Source: an uncultured Chroococcidiopsis sp. | GTDB taxonomy: Bacteria; Cyanobacteriota; Cyanobacteriia; Cyanobacteriales; Chroococcidiopsidaceae | Reading direction: 5' to 3' | Assembly (NCBI GenBank): GCA_964248365.1 | Contig: CAXTYC010000017.1 | Coordinates: 1 to 64,000, forward strand | DNA: 64,000 nt | Position numbers and translations under genes: made by a program | The notes under the pieces: model-generated | Told to the model about the DNA's origin: nothing | The model's input: only the letters and a program-made list of their open reading frames with translations | Databases searched by the model: none | Part shown: in pieces, positions 10,706 to 21,651 of the stretch | Position numbering within the stretch: the first letter of the stretch is position 1 | How the letters are laid out: every line of letters begins with the position of its first letter

Positions 10706-11593
10706 CTACTGAAAAGGTACTACATCGTGGAAGCGGCTGTAGTCTATAAAGCGCTGCCCGTTTGACTTCTTGATGATGATATCGACAAAACGCACATTCG
10801 AGATAATATCTGACGCGATATATGTATGGCGGGCGTGGATCGCTTGGGAAACAGTCTCGTCGATGCCACTTAGTGTAACTATCAGCATAGTTTCTGCTGC
10901 TGCTAGCGTTTCTGGCGTGGCTCCATAGAGGGGACTATTCTCATCAATTTGATGCATCACCGTCCAAGTTAAGAAGAAAACCGGATTTTGGCTGCGTTCC
11001 AGTTTGAGATTATAAACTCGGCGCATGAATTCCCCATCGCTAGTAATTTCATCGCGCACCAACCCTACCTGCATATGCGCTTCTAGGATCTGGTTGCGGC
11101 GCTGGTTGGCTGTGCGAAACATCAACGTTGGCACACCATCATAGCGAGCAATGACAGCTACGCGGCTGAAGAGTACCCGCGCCGTAGGTCGGGAGAACCG
11201 AGCGAACATCAGCCCTGTACCCATAGCCAACCCCATTAGACCGACCAGCGCTTCGATTGTGACTAACGCATTGGCATAGCCAGTATATGGGTACATAGTG
11301 CCATAGCCGATGGATGCCATCGTCTGGACACTAAAAAAGAAAGCATCTTGGAAGTTACCAGGGCGGGCATTTGCAATGCCATCTCCTGCGGCAAGATATG
11401 CCAAACCAAATAAGGCATTAGCAAGCACAAACCCTAAAACAATCAGCGTTAGGAAAATAGACCAAGGCATGATTAGCAGCAAATGGTAAGGGTCGCGCCA
11501 GTAGGAGTACCATTGATCCATCCCCAAAACGTTGAACTGTCCGTCCCGCTTCACAATACGTACTATTTGGCGTGGACGAAGCATTCTTTTCAT
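10706..11593 (-). CDS. Inward-rectifier potassium channel (KirBac-like)
   Basis: FFFSVQTMASIGYG pore loop, FARFSRP, FFLTWTVMHQID; start at ATG 11593 preferred. Confidence 0.9.
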   Translation of the reverse strand: MKRMLRPRQIVRIVKRDGQFNVLGMDQWYSYWRDPYHLLLIMPWSIFLTLIVLGFVLANALFGLAYLAAGDGIANARPGNFQDAFFFSVQTMASIGYGTMYPYTGYANALVTIEALVGLMGLAMGTGLMFARFSRPTARVLFSRVAVIARYDGVPTLMFRTANQRRNQILEAHMQVGLVRDEITSDGEFMRRVYNLKLERSQNPVFFLTWTVMHQIDENSPLYGATPETLAAAETMLIVTLSGIDETVSQAIHARHTYIASDIISNVRFVDIIIKKSNGQRFIDYSRFHDVVPFQ

Positions 11594-11860
11594 CGATAAG
11601 TAACTCCTAGCAAAATTTCTCGAAAAAGTAGGGCAGTTGAAGTGCTTAAAAGTGAGTTCCTTCTTGCCCTGCGACCACATATTTATTAATAGATTAATCC
11701 CGAAATATAATCTAGCAGCAATTTGGGACGGCTCTGCATCGTGTTTATAAGTATAGGCTGCTACTTATATAAAGCGGTATAAAAATAACTTAAAAGGAGG
11801 CAAAGAGCCTTGTTGCTCTCGTTACCTGGCTCTCGCAGGTAACGAAAGAGATGTCTATTT

Positions 11861-12892
11861 TTATGGTTGCCGATTATTTTTTCTTTGCGCTTTTGATTGT
11901 TTAGAGGATGTCTGGCTGTCGAATATGCGACGAATAAAATTAGGTGAAGCAGGTTTAGACATCTTTGTTTGTCTTTCATTGTCATTGCTTTTCATGCCTT
12001 GTTCAGCACGGGCTGTTGCTGTTAGAGGTATGGCATTTTTAGTTGGGACAATTTGGGAACCGAATCTTATGGCATAAACTTGAGTAAATTCTGCACCGAA
12101 AAACAGAATCTGGGCGGCATAGTTAACCCAAGCGAGGATAATTACCACTGAACCAGCTGCACCATAGGTAGAACCAAAACTGCTGTTACCTAGATACATT
12201 CCTAGCAGGAACCGACCAAAGGAGAATAGTAGTGAGGTAATAATTGCACCAATCCAAACATCACTCCAGGCAATTTTGACATCTGGTAAGACTTTGTAAA
12301 TTAGTGCGAATAAGACGGTAGTGACGATAAAAGAGAGGACAAAGTTAGCAAACTGCAACAAAAAACCGATCGCTGGTAGCAAGTTGCCCAAATAATTCAC
12401 CACCGCCGCCAAAATAGCACTCAGTATCAGAGACACGAGTAGTAAAAAGCCAACACCCAGCACCATTGTGAATGATAAAAAGCGATCGCGTACAATACCC
12501 CATAAACCGCGTCCTGGCTTTGGCTGTACGTCCCAAATCGTGTTAAGTGCATCTTGCAACTGAGCAAATAAGCCTGATGCACCAAATAGTAAGACTACTA
12601 CACTGATGATCGAAGCAATCGTTCCCGCCTGGGGTTTGCTGGCATTTTCAATTGCAGTTTCAATGAATTGCGCCCCCTCCTTGCCGACTAAACCTTGAAT
12701 TTGTCCAACTATCTCGCCTCTGGCTGCTTCTTGCCCGAATACAGCACCAGCGATCGCAATCGCAATAATCAGCAGTGGAGCAAGGGAAAAAACTGTGTAA
12801 TATGCTAATGCTGCTGCTAACCGCGAAGCCTTATCATTATTCCATTGTGCAAATGTCTCTTTCAGCAGAAGCCAGATTGTTTTGATGTTCAC
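11861..12892 (-). CDS. YihY/virulence factor BrkB family membrane protein
   Basis: LAAALAYYTVFSLAP, STYGAAGS, FFGAEFT. Confidence 0.9.
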   Translation of the reverse strand: MNIKTIWLLLKETFAQWNNDKASRLAAALAYYTVFSLAPLLIIAIAIAGAVFGQEAARGEIVGQIQGLVGKEGAQFIETAIENASKPQAGTIASIISVVVLLFGASGLFAQLQDALNTIWDVQPKPGRGLWGIVRDRFLSFTMVLGVGFLLLVSLILSAILAAVVNYLGNLLPAIGFLLQFANFVLSFIVTTVLFALIYKVLPDVKIAWSDVWIGAIITSLLFSFGRFLLGMYLGNSSFGSTYGAAGSVVIILAWVNYAAQILFFGAEFTQVYAIRFGSQIVPTKNAIPLTATARAEQGMKSNDNERQTKMSKPASPNFIRRIFDSQTSSKQSKAQRKNNRQP

Positions 12893-13215
12893 AGATAAAT
12901 CTCCTTTTTGACAGATGCAGCTTTCTTCTTATTAATTACTAGCTGAATCTTTCAGATAACAATGCTTTTGTGCATCTCTATTTAGGAGTAATTTTGTATG
13001 TATTATTCCTAAATCACATAACTCGTAAACCAGATTTATCTAGTGTTAAATATGACAATTTTTCTGGTTTATTAGCCTATTTCTTAAAGCAGAAAGTGAT
13101 TTCATTGGGGTGGTAGAAGGGAGGAGAAATAGTAATAGGTACTTTGAAATGCACGCTCCTAGCAACGCCTAAAGTCAATCTTAATAGAAAAAGCGATCGC
13201 TCGAGCTATTTCTAG

Positions 13216-14433
13216 TTACGGAAGCATTGGCTTGCTTGTTAGATAGCTGTAAATGTCTAAGTGATCTCTAACAATGTTCTGCCAAGTGAAATTTTGCCCA
13301 AAGACAATACCAGCTTTACCCAGATCACTGCGTTGATTTGGGTTATTTAGTAATTGCAGCAATTGGGATGCTAAAGCAGCAATATCTGATGGTGGTATAA
13401 GTTTAACCGGATATCCTGCTGATAATGTCGGTGGCTGGGTAGCAACAACAGGTAAGCCGTGAGCTAAAAGAGTTAAAAGTGAATCGGTGTCGAGGGTATG
13501 AGGGCGATCGCCAGGTAGTACCCCGATATCTGCGCCTGTAAGATAATGGGAAGCGGTTTGAGCGCTGACACAACCTGTAAAATGAACAAGCTGTAGCAAA
13601 CCTAATTCGCTGACAAGTGCCTGAAGTTGAACTAAATATTTTTTAGCATCTTCACCATTTAAACTAAGACTGTCAAACCCACCAAGTACTAGCAAACGTG
13701 CTTGGGGTTGAGTTAAAGATACTTGTTTGAATGCAGGTAGTAGGGTTTCTAACCCTTTACCTGGGTGCAAAAAGCCGAAGCAGACAATTATTAGTGAATC
13801 ATCAGACCAGTTGCAGTTTTGACGCAACAACTGCCGTGCCACCGTATAGTCAATTGATGCCACTTCTACATTCGCAGCGATCGGGATGTGAAATACACAG
13901 TTTTTCTTCCGTCGTAGTCGATTGTGAATTACTTTTTCAGTCTGGGTCGTAGTGGCAATTATTGCGTTACTCAATGTCAGCAAAAACCCATCTTCTCGAT
14001 CCCACCACTGGAATCCCTGCATCTTTAACCATTTTACTGATGAGAGAGAAATATTTTTAGGCTGCCATTCTTGCCATTCATACTCATGGACTGTAGTTAC
14101 TATTGGCATTCGCCATCCACTCATTCTCAAAAGCATTGGCAACAGCAATATAGCACGTTCAAAACCGTATATCTGTGCAGAGTATTGGATATGTAAAACT
14201 TCAGCTTTACTAGCGTGTACTGCTCGCACTAAGGCAAAAAGGTCGGCAAGTCGCCAATCATGTACGATGCCAATAGCATTAGGATCGTAAGCAGCCTCAG
14301 CAGCATAGTAGGTAGTAAGTACTATAGGTTCAACACAATATTCACGTAAGTTAGCACACAGATGCATAGTGTAATCTGCAACACTACAACGCTCTGGCAG
14401 ATACGTACCAGCAATCAATGCAATTCGAGTCAT
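13216..14433 (-). CDS. Glycosyltransferase family 4
   Basis: TTVHE, FGFLHPGKG, LAHGLPVVAT (GT-B motifs). Confidence 0.85.
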   Translation of the reverse strand: MTRIALIAGTYLPERCSVADYTMHLCANLREYCVEPIVLTTYYAAEAAYDPNAIGIVHDWRLADLFALVRAVHASKAEVLHIQYSAQIYGFERAILLLPMLLRMSGWRMPIVTTVHEYEWQEWQPKNISLSSVKWLKMQGFQWWDREDGFLLTLSNAIIATTTQTEKVIHNRLRRKKNCVFHIPIAANVEVASIDYTVARQLLRQNCNWSDDSLIIVCFGFLHPGKGLETLLPAFKQVSLTQPQARLLVLGGFDSLSLNGEDAKKYLVQLQALVSELGLLQLVHFTGCVSAQTASHYLTGADIGVLPGDRPHTLDTDSLLTLLAHGLPVVATQPPTLSAGYPVKLIPPSDIAALASQLLQLLNNPNQRSDLGKAGIVFGQNFTWQNIVRDHLDIYSYLTSKPMLP

Positions 14434-14558
14434 AAAAGTAAAAATGTAGAAGCTAGCATCCTTATTACTTTTAACTGCTTAAGTAGGAATACTGAAAAAT
14501 TTCTCACTATAACTTAATTTTTTGTTGCATTTTATACTCTCTGATTTTAATGCCCTAC

Positions 14559-16202
14559 CTACTCCCTATTGAGTTGACAAATACGGTTTATTAGGCTAGT
14601 TGTAGAACGGTTTTCCACAAACGGCAAAATTTCCACAATACCGCCTAATTCTTCTACAACGATCGCCTCTGGCAAGGTTTGTTTGGTGTAGTCGCCACCC
14701 TTGACATAAATATCTGGGCGGATTAAACGGATGAGATCGATCGGGGTATCATCTTCAAAAGAAATCAGGCGATCGACACAGCTAAGAGCAGCAAGAACCT
14801 GAATGCGGTCTAAGAGCGGATTAATCGGACGAGTAGATCCCTTGAGGCGGCTAACACTTGTATCCGAGTTAACACCAATTATCAAGACATCTCCCAAAGC
14901 ACGAGCGCGGTTAAGATAAGAGACGTGTCCAGCATGGAGAATGTCGAAACATCCATTGGTGAAAACGATGCGCCCACCAGCAGCGCGGTAGAATGCGGTG
15001 CAGGCGCTTAGATCGCTTAGATTGGGCAAGTATTTTTCGTTAGTGGCGAGGGAATTTTGGATTTTAGATTTTAGATTTTGGTCACGCAAAGACGAGGACA
15101 CTTGCGTGCCTCTGTTCCCCCCGTTGAGCAAAGTGTCCGGTGCAAAGGCGCAAACAGATAAATTTTCTTTTTGCTTCCCAGCTTCCCTCTCTCCCCCAGC
15201 TCCCTCCATCAGCGTATGTTCGCCACAAAGAAATTCTCGTAGTTCCTGAACAGAACAGGGTGTAGTGCCGTCTTTTGCGACGACGATGGCGGCGGCGGCG
15301 GCGGCTAAGTGGGAAGCATTGGCAACAGAGGCTTTGGCAGCAAGGGCAACAGTCAAGGCGCTGACATAGGTATCGCCTGCACCACTAGTACCAGATGGAC
15401 TAGCTGCTTGACTGGCTGTGCGGTGTTGCCTGGTTCGATTGCGCTCAAACACGATCGCTCCTTGGGCATCCAGGGTAACGGCAACTATCCCAGCCCCTGT
15501 TAACTCAAGCAGTTGTTCCCTATGTGCCAAAATTTGCTCTGCTCTTGATGGAGACGGCATTATCCCTAACAGCTTAATAGCCTGGTTGTAATTCGGTTTA
15601 ACTGCGGTAACATTAAGGCTACGATAGGCAGATAAGTTCTTAGAATCAACTACGAGAACTTTGGGTGAAGCGTGTTGTAGACGCGCGATCGCTGCAATCA
15701 CAACGGGCGTTAAAATGCCATAACCGTAGTCAGCAACTATCAGCGCATCACAATCAGCAAAACTACTAGTCAGTTGCCCAATCAACCCTTGCTCAGTCTC
15801 TAAGTCAATTGGCTCGGTGCTACCCATATCAAATCTCATCAACAACTCGGACGCTGCTATCAGCCTTTGCTTACTTAGTGTTTGCCTACCTGGGCGAGTA
15901 AGTATATGTTTTGTGGAGATGCGATTTTCCTCCAGCACTTGTCGCAGCATTTTCCCTTCCCAATCATCACCAATTACTGACAGGAAAGTTACACAACCAC
16001 CTAAAGTATGAATATTAACTGCTGTGTTGGCTGCACCACCTGGAGCCTGTTGCCGTTGTGTTACTGTTAACACTGGTGCAGGTGCTTCTGGAGATAGGCG
16101 ATCGCTCTTTCCTGCCAGGTAACAATCGAGCATAGCTTCGCCAATTACAATTACCTTTAGACCAGCTATAGCATCCAGTAGCTTGAGCAATTCGGTATTC
16201 AC
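14559..16202 (-). CDS. hldE: Bifunctional heptose-phosphate kinase/adenylyltransferase (HldE/RfaE-like)
   Basis: PfkB kinase (GGAANTA, GAGDT) plus cytidylyltransferase (FTNGCFDILHAGH, YVKGGDY); linker is repeat-derived. Confidence 0.85.
   Translation of the reverse strand: MNTELLKLLDAIAGLKVIVIGEAMLDCYLAGKSDRLSPEAPAPVLTVTQRQQAPGGAANTAVNIHTLGGCVTFLSVIGDDWEGKMLRQVLEENRISTKHILTRPGRQTLSKQRLIAASELLMRFDMGSTEPIDLETEQGLIGQLTSSFADCDALIVADYGYGILTPVVIAAIARLQHASPKVLVVDSKNLSAYRSLNVTAVKPNYNQAIKLLGIMPSPSRAEQILAHREQLLELTGAGIVAVTLDAQGAIVFERNRTRQHRTASQAASPSGTSGAGDTYVSALTVALAAKASVANASHLAAAAAAIVVAKDGTTPCSVQELREFLCGEHTLMEGAGGEREAGKQKENLSVCAFAPDTLLNGGNRGTQVSSSLRDQNLKSKIQNSLATNEKYLPNLSDLSACTAFYRAAGGRIVFTNGCFDILHAGHVSYLNRARALGDVLIIGVNSDTSVSRLKGSTRPINPLLDRIQVLAALSCVDRLISFEDDTPIDLIRLIRPDIYVKGGDYTKQTLPEAIVVEELGGIVEILPFVENRSTTSLINRICQLNRE
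15081..15154 (+). repeat. Dispersed repeat of about 75 bp (GGACAC...GTGTCC family) inside hldE
   Basis: Aligns with the reverse complement of 52921-52995 and with 32023-32087. Confidence 0.8.
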
Positions 16203-16400
16203 ATCGAGTTCTTTTAAAGGGGCTGGGGGCGTAAGCGTTGCGGGACGAAGTCTGGGGCGCTCTTGCGAGGGGGAATCAGGGGAGAGTGGGAAAAGGGGAA
16301 CTCGCTAATCCCCACCTGGTGGGGATTAGGGGGCAAGGGGGAGATGGGCAGATAAATTTCTAGTTCCTCTAGTCACTAGCCACTAACCACTAGCCACTAT

Positions 16401-17432
16401 TTAAAGCCGAACCTGCTGCAAGTGAGTGCGGGGGTTAAAGCTGCGGCTATTGCGAATTTTCTCATAGTATTCCCGCTCGACTGAAGTAAGTTCTTTTGGT
16501 GCTACAATAGCAATCTTCACCAGTAAATCAGTGCGTCCACCCCCAGGCTGTGACCAACCTTTGCCACGCAAACGTAGTGATTGCCCAGAACGAATGCCAG
16601 CAGGAACGTTTAGTTTGACCATTCCATCTGGTGTAGGAATATCAATCTGCGTACCCAGAACCGCTTCATCAGGAGTAATTGGCACTTCACAAGCTAAATT
16701 GTCTCCGTCGAACTTGAAGAACGAATGCGGCTGAATTTCTACTTTTAAGTACAAATCACCCCGTTGCCCAGTTAAGGGATTAACCATACCTTTACCACGC
16801 ACACGCACTCTCGTTCCAGGTTTAGCGCCTGGGGGAATGCGTACCTCAAGAGTTTCCGTACCTAAATTTATGCGTTTTTGTACGCCTTGAAATGCTTCAG
16901 CCAGGGTAAGGGCGATCGCTGCTTCTTGATCTGGCGTAGTTCCAGGTGTAGTATTTTCAAATCCAGTCGTACTATCGCCAAAACCATCAAAGCCACTAAA
17001 CCCAGATGGTCGTCTAGACGAAGTGCTGTAACTATAGCTTTGTCTTGTCCCCCCACTGGTTCCCGCACCCGTACTACCAAAACGACCTAGCAAGTCGTTA
17101 ATGAATTCATCAAAATTGTTGTACTTACCAAACTCAAAATCTTCAAAGCCAGCGTTAGCGCCGCTACTACGCCCTGCGGTTGACCAACCCTGATCGGCTT
17201 GTTTCCAGTACTGACCAAATTGATCGTACTTCCGCCGTTTATCTGGATCTGACAACACTTCATAGGCTTCGCTAACTTCCTTGAAGCGAGCTTCTGCTTG
17301 CTTATTGCCTGGATTTACGTCGGGATGGTATTTACGGGCAAGCCTGCGAAAAGCTTGTTTAATTTCATCAGTACTGGCAGTTTTACTTACTCCTAATATG
17401 GTGTAATAGTCTTTGAAGTCTGTCGCAGCCAT
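16401..17432 (-). CDS. DnaJ class B chaperone (CbpA-like)
   Basis: J-domain with HPD, G/F-rich region, DnaJ_C domain, no Zn finger. Confidence 0.92.
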   Translation of the reverse strand: MAATDFKDYYTILGVSKTASTDEIKQAFRRLARKYHPDVNPGNKQAEARFKEVSEAYEVLSDPDKRRKYDQFGQYWKQADQGWSTAGRSSGANAGFEDFEFGKYNNFDEFINDLLGRFGSTGAGTSGGTRQSYSYSTSSRRPSGFSGFDGFGDSTTGFENTTPGTTPDQEAAIALTLAEAFQGVQKRINLGTETLEVRIPPGAKPGTRVRVRGKGMVNPLTGQRGDLYLKVEIQPHSFFKFDGDNLACEVPITPDEAVLGTQIDIPTPDGMVKLNVPAGIRSGQSLRLRGKGWSQPGGGRTDLLVKIAIVAPKELTSVEREYYEKIRNSRSFNPRTHLQQVRL

Positions 17433-17452
17433 CCATTAGCCTCCTCTAAGCA

Positions 17453-17501
17453 GTTATCAATTATCAGTTATCAGTTATCAGTTATCAGTTATCAGTTATC
17501 A
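17453..17501. repeat. Heptamer short tandem repeat (TTATCAG)n
   Basis: Directly visible tandem array. Confidence 0.9.
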
Positions 17502-17588
17502 ATTTCACAGCAGAGGTTCACTGTTGACTAGTCACCCTAGGTGCTACAGTACCAGGTATATACATTCTGCCCTAAACTTATCAAGGGT

Positions 17589-18128
17589 TTACAAACAGTC
17601 AAGTTCGGTTATACGGGCGATCGCAATCGCAATCGCCCTACTTTGAGCAATGGCACTGTACCGAATCAGTTCATCCAATCCCTCATTTAGAGTTGGTGGA
17701 GCATCCCGTAGTCCGCGATGCATACGAAATATTACTTCTTCTGGTACAAAGCGAGTTCTTTGTCGATTTCGAGCTAGACACAGCCAAACAGGAGTATCTA
17801 CCCACAACCCAATGATATTGGTAAAGCCAGTAGCACGGGATCGGGCGATCGCTTCTCGTCGGTGTTGACGAGTAGCATTTGTGGCATCATAAATCGCTGC
17901 GTGTACTACTTTCTGGGAGATTTGCACAACAGCTTGCTCAAGTTGGCGCTGCACTTCCTGCCAAATTAGAAGCCAAGATCCCTGAATTGCTTCATCTCCA
18001 AATAGCTGTTTCCTAATCTGATCAGAAGAAATTAACTTTAGCTTTGGATCTGCTACTTGTCGCAACTGCTGCGCCAAAAAGGATTTGCCGCTACCTGGAA
18101 GCCCGATTAGTAATATAAGTTTAACCAT
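17589..18128 (-). CDS. AAA_33 family P-loop kinase
   Basis: GLPGSGKS, YDATN, RNRQR. Confidence 0.8.
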   Translation of the reverse strand: MVKLILLIGLPGSGKSFLAQQLRQVADPKLKLISSDQIRKQLFGDEAIQGSWLLIWQEVQRQLEQAVVQISQKVVHAAIYDATNATRQHRREAIARSRATGFTNIIGLWVDTPVWLCLARNRQRTRFVPEEVIFRMHRGLRDAPPTLNEGLDELIRYSAIAQSRAIAIAIARITELDCL

Positions 18129-18205
18129 TGTGATGAACACGAAAGGCAAAAAGGATGAAGGATAAAGGATAAAATTTTTAGCCTTCAGCCTTCACACTTC
18201 ATCCT

Positions 18206-19498
18206 TTAGATAATAGTGTTATCTGGAATTACAGCATTTTTCAGCACTACAACAATACCGTTGCGGATATAAAACCCTTCATCTTCGCGTTCTGCTTCTT
18301 CCACTCTGTCTTTATTAATGATTTGCACATCACAACCAATGCGGGCATTTTTGTCAATGATTGCCCGACGGATTGTAGTATTAGTAGAGATGCCTAAACA
18401 AACATTGCTGCTTTGTCCGCACTCAGATTGGCGTTCGGCAAAAGGTTGGTAGAAATCGGCTCCCATGATTAGCGAGTCTTCGATAGTGCAGCCTTCTTCG
18501 ATGCGCGATCGCACTCCCAATACTGAATGCTGAATCCGGCAATTTTTCAAAATGCAACCTTCACTAATAATCGATTCTGTCACCTGGCAGTTTAAAAGCT
18601 TGCTAGGAGGTAGGTAACGGGAGCGAGTGTAGATTGGGGCTTCTTCTTCGTAGAAGCTAAAAGGCGGCTGGGGTTGCTTTGTTAGTGCCAAGTTAGCATC
18701 ATAAAAAGCTTCAATTGTTCCAATATCTTCCCAGTAGTCATCAAACAAGTAAGCTTGAATATTGTAATCTTTGGCTGATGCTGGTATAATCTCTTTACCA
18801 AAATCAGTCCGCTCTGGCGCTTCATTCAACAGATTGATCAGCACATCTCTCTTAAAGACATAAATACCCATTGAAGCAATATATGGTTGTTGCTTTGCCT
18901 GTTCTGGCGACAACCCTAAGATAGATGTATCTACCTGCATCTTGAGTAAATCATCGCCTTTGGGTTTTTCACTAAAGTCAATCACCCGCCCCTTATTGTC
19001 AGTTTTCATCAAACCAAAATCAGAAGCGCGGCGCTGATCCATAGGCACTACAGACAGAGTGATATCTGCCTGGGTGTCGCGGTGACGTTGGACAAACTGG
19101 CGATAGTCCATCCGGTAGAGGTGATCCCCCGACAAAATCAGATATTCATCAACATTCCACTCTTCTAGCAGCCAAAGATACTGCCGCACGGCATCTGCTG
19201 TTCCCTGAAACCAGTTAGTGCTTGACGGTGTTTGCTGAGCGGCTAGCACTTCCACAAAGCCTTCGGTAAAACCAGAAAAACTGTATGTACGCGCGATGTG
19301 ACGATTGAGTGAAGCTGAATTAAATTGCGTCAGGACGTAGATTTTGTATATTTCTGAGTTAATACAGTTACTTACTGGAATATCGATTAAACGATACTTG
19401 CCTGCTAATGGTACAGCTGGTTTGGCTCGGAGCTTGGTCAGTGGATAAAGGCGCGTACCAGCCCCGCCGCCTAGAATAATCGCTAATACTCTTTTCAC
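18206..19498 (-). CDS. glgC: Glucose-1-phosphate adenylyltransferase
   Basis: [35 protein letters not shown]. Confidence 0.97.
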   Translation of the reverse strand: MKRVLAIILGGGAGTRLYPLTKLRAKPAVPLAGKYRLIDIPVSNCINSEIYKIYVLTQFNSASLNRHIARTYSFSGFTEGFVEVLAAQQTPSSTNWFQGTADAVRQYLWLLEEWNVDEYLILSGDHLYRMDYRQFVQRHRDTQADITLSVVPMDQRRASDFGLMKTDNKGRVIDFSEKPKGDDLLKMQVDTSILGLSPEQAKQQPYIASMGIYVFKRDVLINLLNEAPERTDFGKEIIPASAKDYNIQAYLFDDYWEDIGTIEAFYDANLALTKQPQPPFSFYEEEAPIYTRSRYLPPSKLLNCQVTESIISEGCILKNCRIQHSVLGVRSRIEEGCTIEDSLIMGADFYQPFAERQSECGQSSNVCLGISTNTTIRRAIIDKNARIGCDVQIINKDRVEEAEREDEGFYIRNGIVVVLKNAVIPDNTII

Positions 19499-19635
19499 AG
19501 AAATTCCTCCTGACTGCCATTCATTCCCAAGTACAGTTTAGTGGACTGTGTGGAACAGATGGTTAAGGAGGAGGAGATTTTCAGTTACCAGTTACTAGTG
19601 CTAAAAGCTAAAAGCTAAAAGCCACTCGCTCTGAG

Positions 19636-21090
19636 TCAAAGGCTCTTGAGAAAGGGAAGACTAGGCGCAAAAAAGAACTCACCACCCTTGAGGGTGACAA
19701 ATTCACCAAAGTCAAACTGCTTCTTTTCGCTGTCTGGCTGATCCCACTCGGTAGCCCATGTTTGTGGTACAGAGTCGCCACTGCCCTTTTGTCCAATTAC
19801 TGGATCGCGTCCTGTTCCTTGGTTGACAAAATTCACATTGTTTGCCCAACTCTTTTGCATGAACCCAAATTGTCTGGGTATACTGCTCTGGAAGCACATA
19901 AACAGCAAACCAACATCCTTTGTCGGTCTTTGCTCTGGGGGAATATCTGCATTAGGATCGTCTTTGCGTATACCATAGGTGATTCCTCGCCGCACGATCC
20001 GCCGCGATCGCTCTGCTTGCTCTTCATCCAATCCAAATTTCTTCGCCACATCCCCTCGTGGGTTTGTTTTACGAATATGAGCATGAAATGGACATTTCAC
20101 CGCGTTAGGATCGTCAATGTCATACTTAAAGTTGTTGAGTGGTGGAACAGCTGGCTGCTGGGCTGCATCTTTTTGCAATACGACAGGTGTACCATCTTCA
20201 AAGCGTCCTACTACCAAAGCTCCTGCTCTTTCTGTGTCATCATCTTTCAACCCCAGTGCGTCAGCCAGATCCTGTTCACGCTGTTTAAATCCCCGCACGT
20301 TTTCTTCGAGCTTCCTAAACACAAAATAACTACCAAAACAATCCTCAGCCGTAGCCTTGGGATCTTTAATCAATGCTAGTTCCAAAGGTGCTGAAGGATT
20401 CCACTTATCAATACCGATTTGGTTTTGTTCTCGTTCTAGATCTGACTTCAAAAACAGCGGTTGACTCACGCCGTCAGCATAGCCAAATTGCTCAATTCCT
20501 TGACCCTGCTTGTTTCTCAAAGCGTGACCACGTTCCAAAGCCAAAACTTGCCCAACCGCTCTGATTTGAAACAGTACTTGACGAGCGCGACGCAGCAAGA
20601 AGTTTTCATCGTCATCAGCCAACAGAATCATCGCGTGGATTTGTCTACCTCTATATCCCTCTTCCCATGTTTCAGACGACGGATCATTTAGTTGGGCTTG
20701 GGCTGCTTCCATCCCGTTGAGGAAATTAACACCTGTATTATCTTGATCTGGTTCTGGAAAAAGATTTTTTACTTCCTCTTGTGTTAATCCCAAGATATAT
20801 TCATAGCCACGACTTGACAGGAAGAAATTACAAAACAAACCCCCAGGGATTCTAAAAGCCTTAAATTCACGGGTTTCGTCAAGCTGCTGCTTAGCTGAGG
20901 TGATAAATTGATTGGAGAAATTACGAATCCAGCCTTTAACAAAATTTGGTTGGGCGGTAAACTTCACAAAAAAGTGAATAGTAAAATCTCGTCCATGTCC
21001 CTTGAGGATGTTGCCCTGCAAGTTTTCTAGCATGGTCTTATACTTCTGAGCTTCAGAATCAATTTGAACATCTTTAAGATCAATGGGCAT
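19636..21090 (-). CDS. Dyp-type (dye-decolourising) peroxidase
   Basis: FGYADGVSQP (GxxDG), HAHIRKTNPR, RIVRRG, GGEFFF. Confidence 0.92.
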   Translation of the reverse strand: MPIDLKDVQIDSEAQKYKTMLENLQGNILKGHGRDFTIHFFVKFTAQPNFVKGWIRNFSNQFITSAKQQLDETREFKAFRIPGGLFCNFFLSSRGYEYILGLTQEEVKNLFPEPDQDNTGVNFLNGMEAAQAQLNDPSSETWEEGYRGRQIHAMILLADDDENFLLRRARQVLFQIRAVGQVLALERGHALRNKQGQGIEQFGYADGVSQPLFLKSDLEREQNQIGIDKWNPSAPLELALIKDPKATAEDCFGSYFVFRKLEENVRGFKQREQDLADALGLKDDDTERAGALVVGRFEDGTPVVLQKDAAQQPAVPPLNNFKYDIDDPNAVKCPFHAHIRKTNPRGDVAKKFGLDEEQAERSRRIVRRGITYGIRKDDPNADIPPEQRPTKDVGLLFMCFQSSIPRQFGFMQKSWANNVNFVNQGTGRDPVIGQKGSGDSVPQTWATEWDQPDSEKKQFDFGEFVTLKGGEFFFAPSLPFLKSL

Positions 21091-21651
21091 AAATTCTGCT
21101 CCTTTTGTACATTTAAAATCAAGCTGTTACAACTTACAGCTAATTGCATTCATTCCCCGTTACTACTAATTGTTTTTGCCCTATTACGGAAAGCTTAATA
21201 TTTTGTAATTAAAAGCTCTTTTAAAAGTTATGCCTTGAAACAATTATGTTGAATAGTTAGCTATCAATTATGAATCATGAATTAATAATTATTTGGTCAA
21301 TAGCAATATCTATAGCAACCCTAAATGATTTGTAAAGTCTTGCGTGATGGTTGTACGAGTTTCCATCGTCCCGCGTCATTTGTAAATACAAGGAACAAAT
21401 GACTAATAGATTTATTTGCTACTAAAATAATTCAGTATAATTACGCTAGTATAAAACTGAAATTTATGAATTAGATAAAAGTTGTTTTTTGAAAAAAATA
21501 GTAAAATAAGATACAAAAAATTTTAATTAATTAAGCTAGCAAGTTTGAAACTGCCTGCCTGAGCCAAATAAATTCACCAGATTCAATCTCAAGTTAGAAC
21601 CACAAAATGGTCAGTATTTGTACCTTGTCAATGAAGGACTAGGGAGCCATC

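Noticed and set aside
14998..15249. 83 aa ORF resembling a CarB segment
   Set aside because: The similarity comes from the shared DNA repeat; the ORF is antisense to hldE
19762..20379. 205 aa + strand ORF
   Set aside because: Antisense shadow of the Dyp peroxidase, with no recognisable motifs
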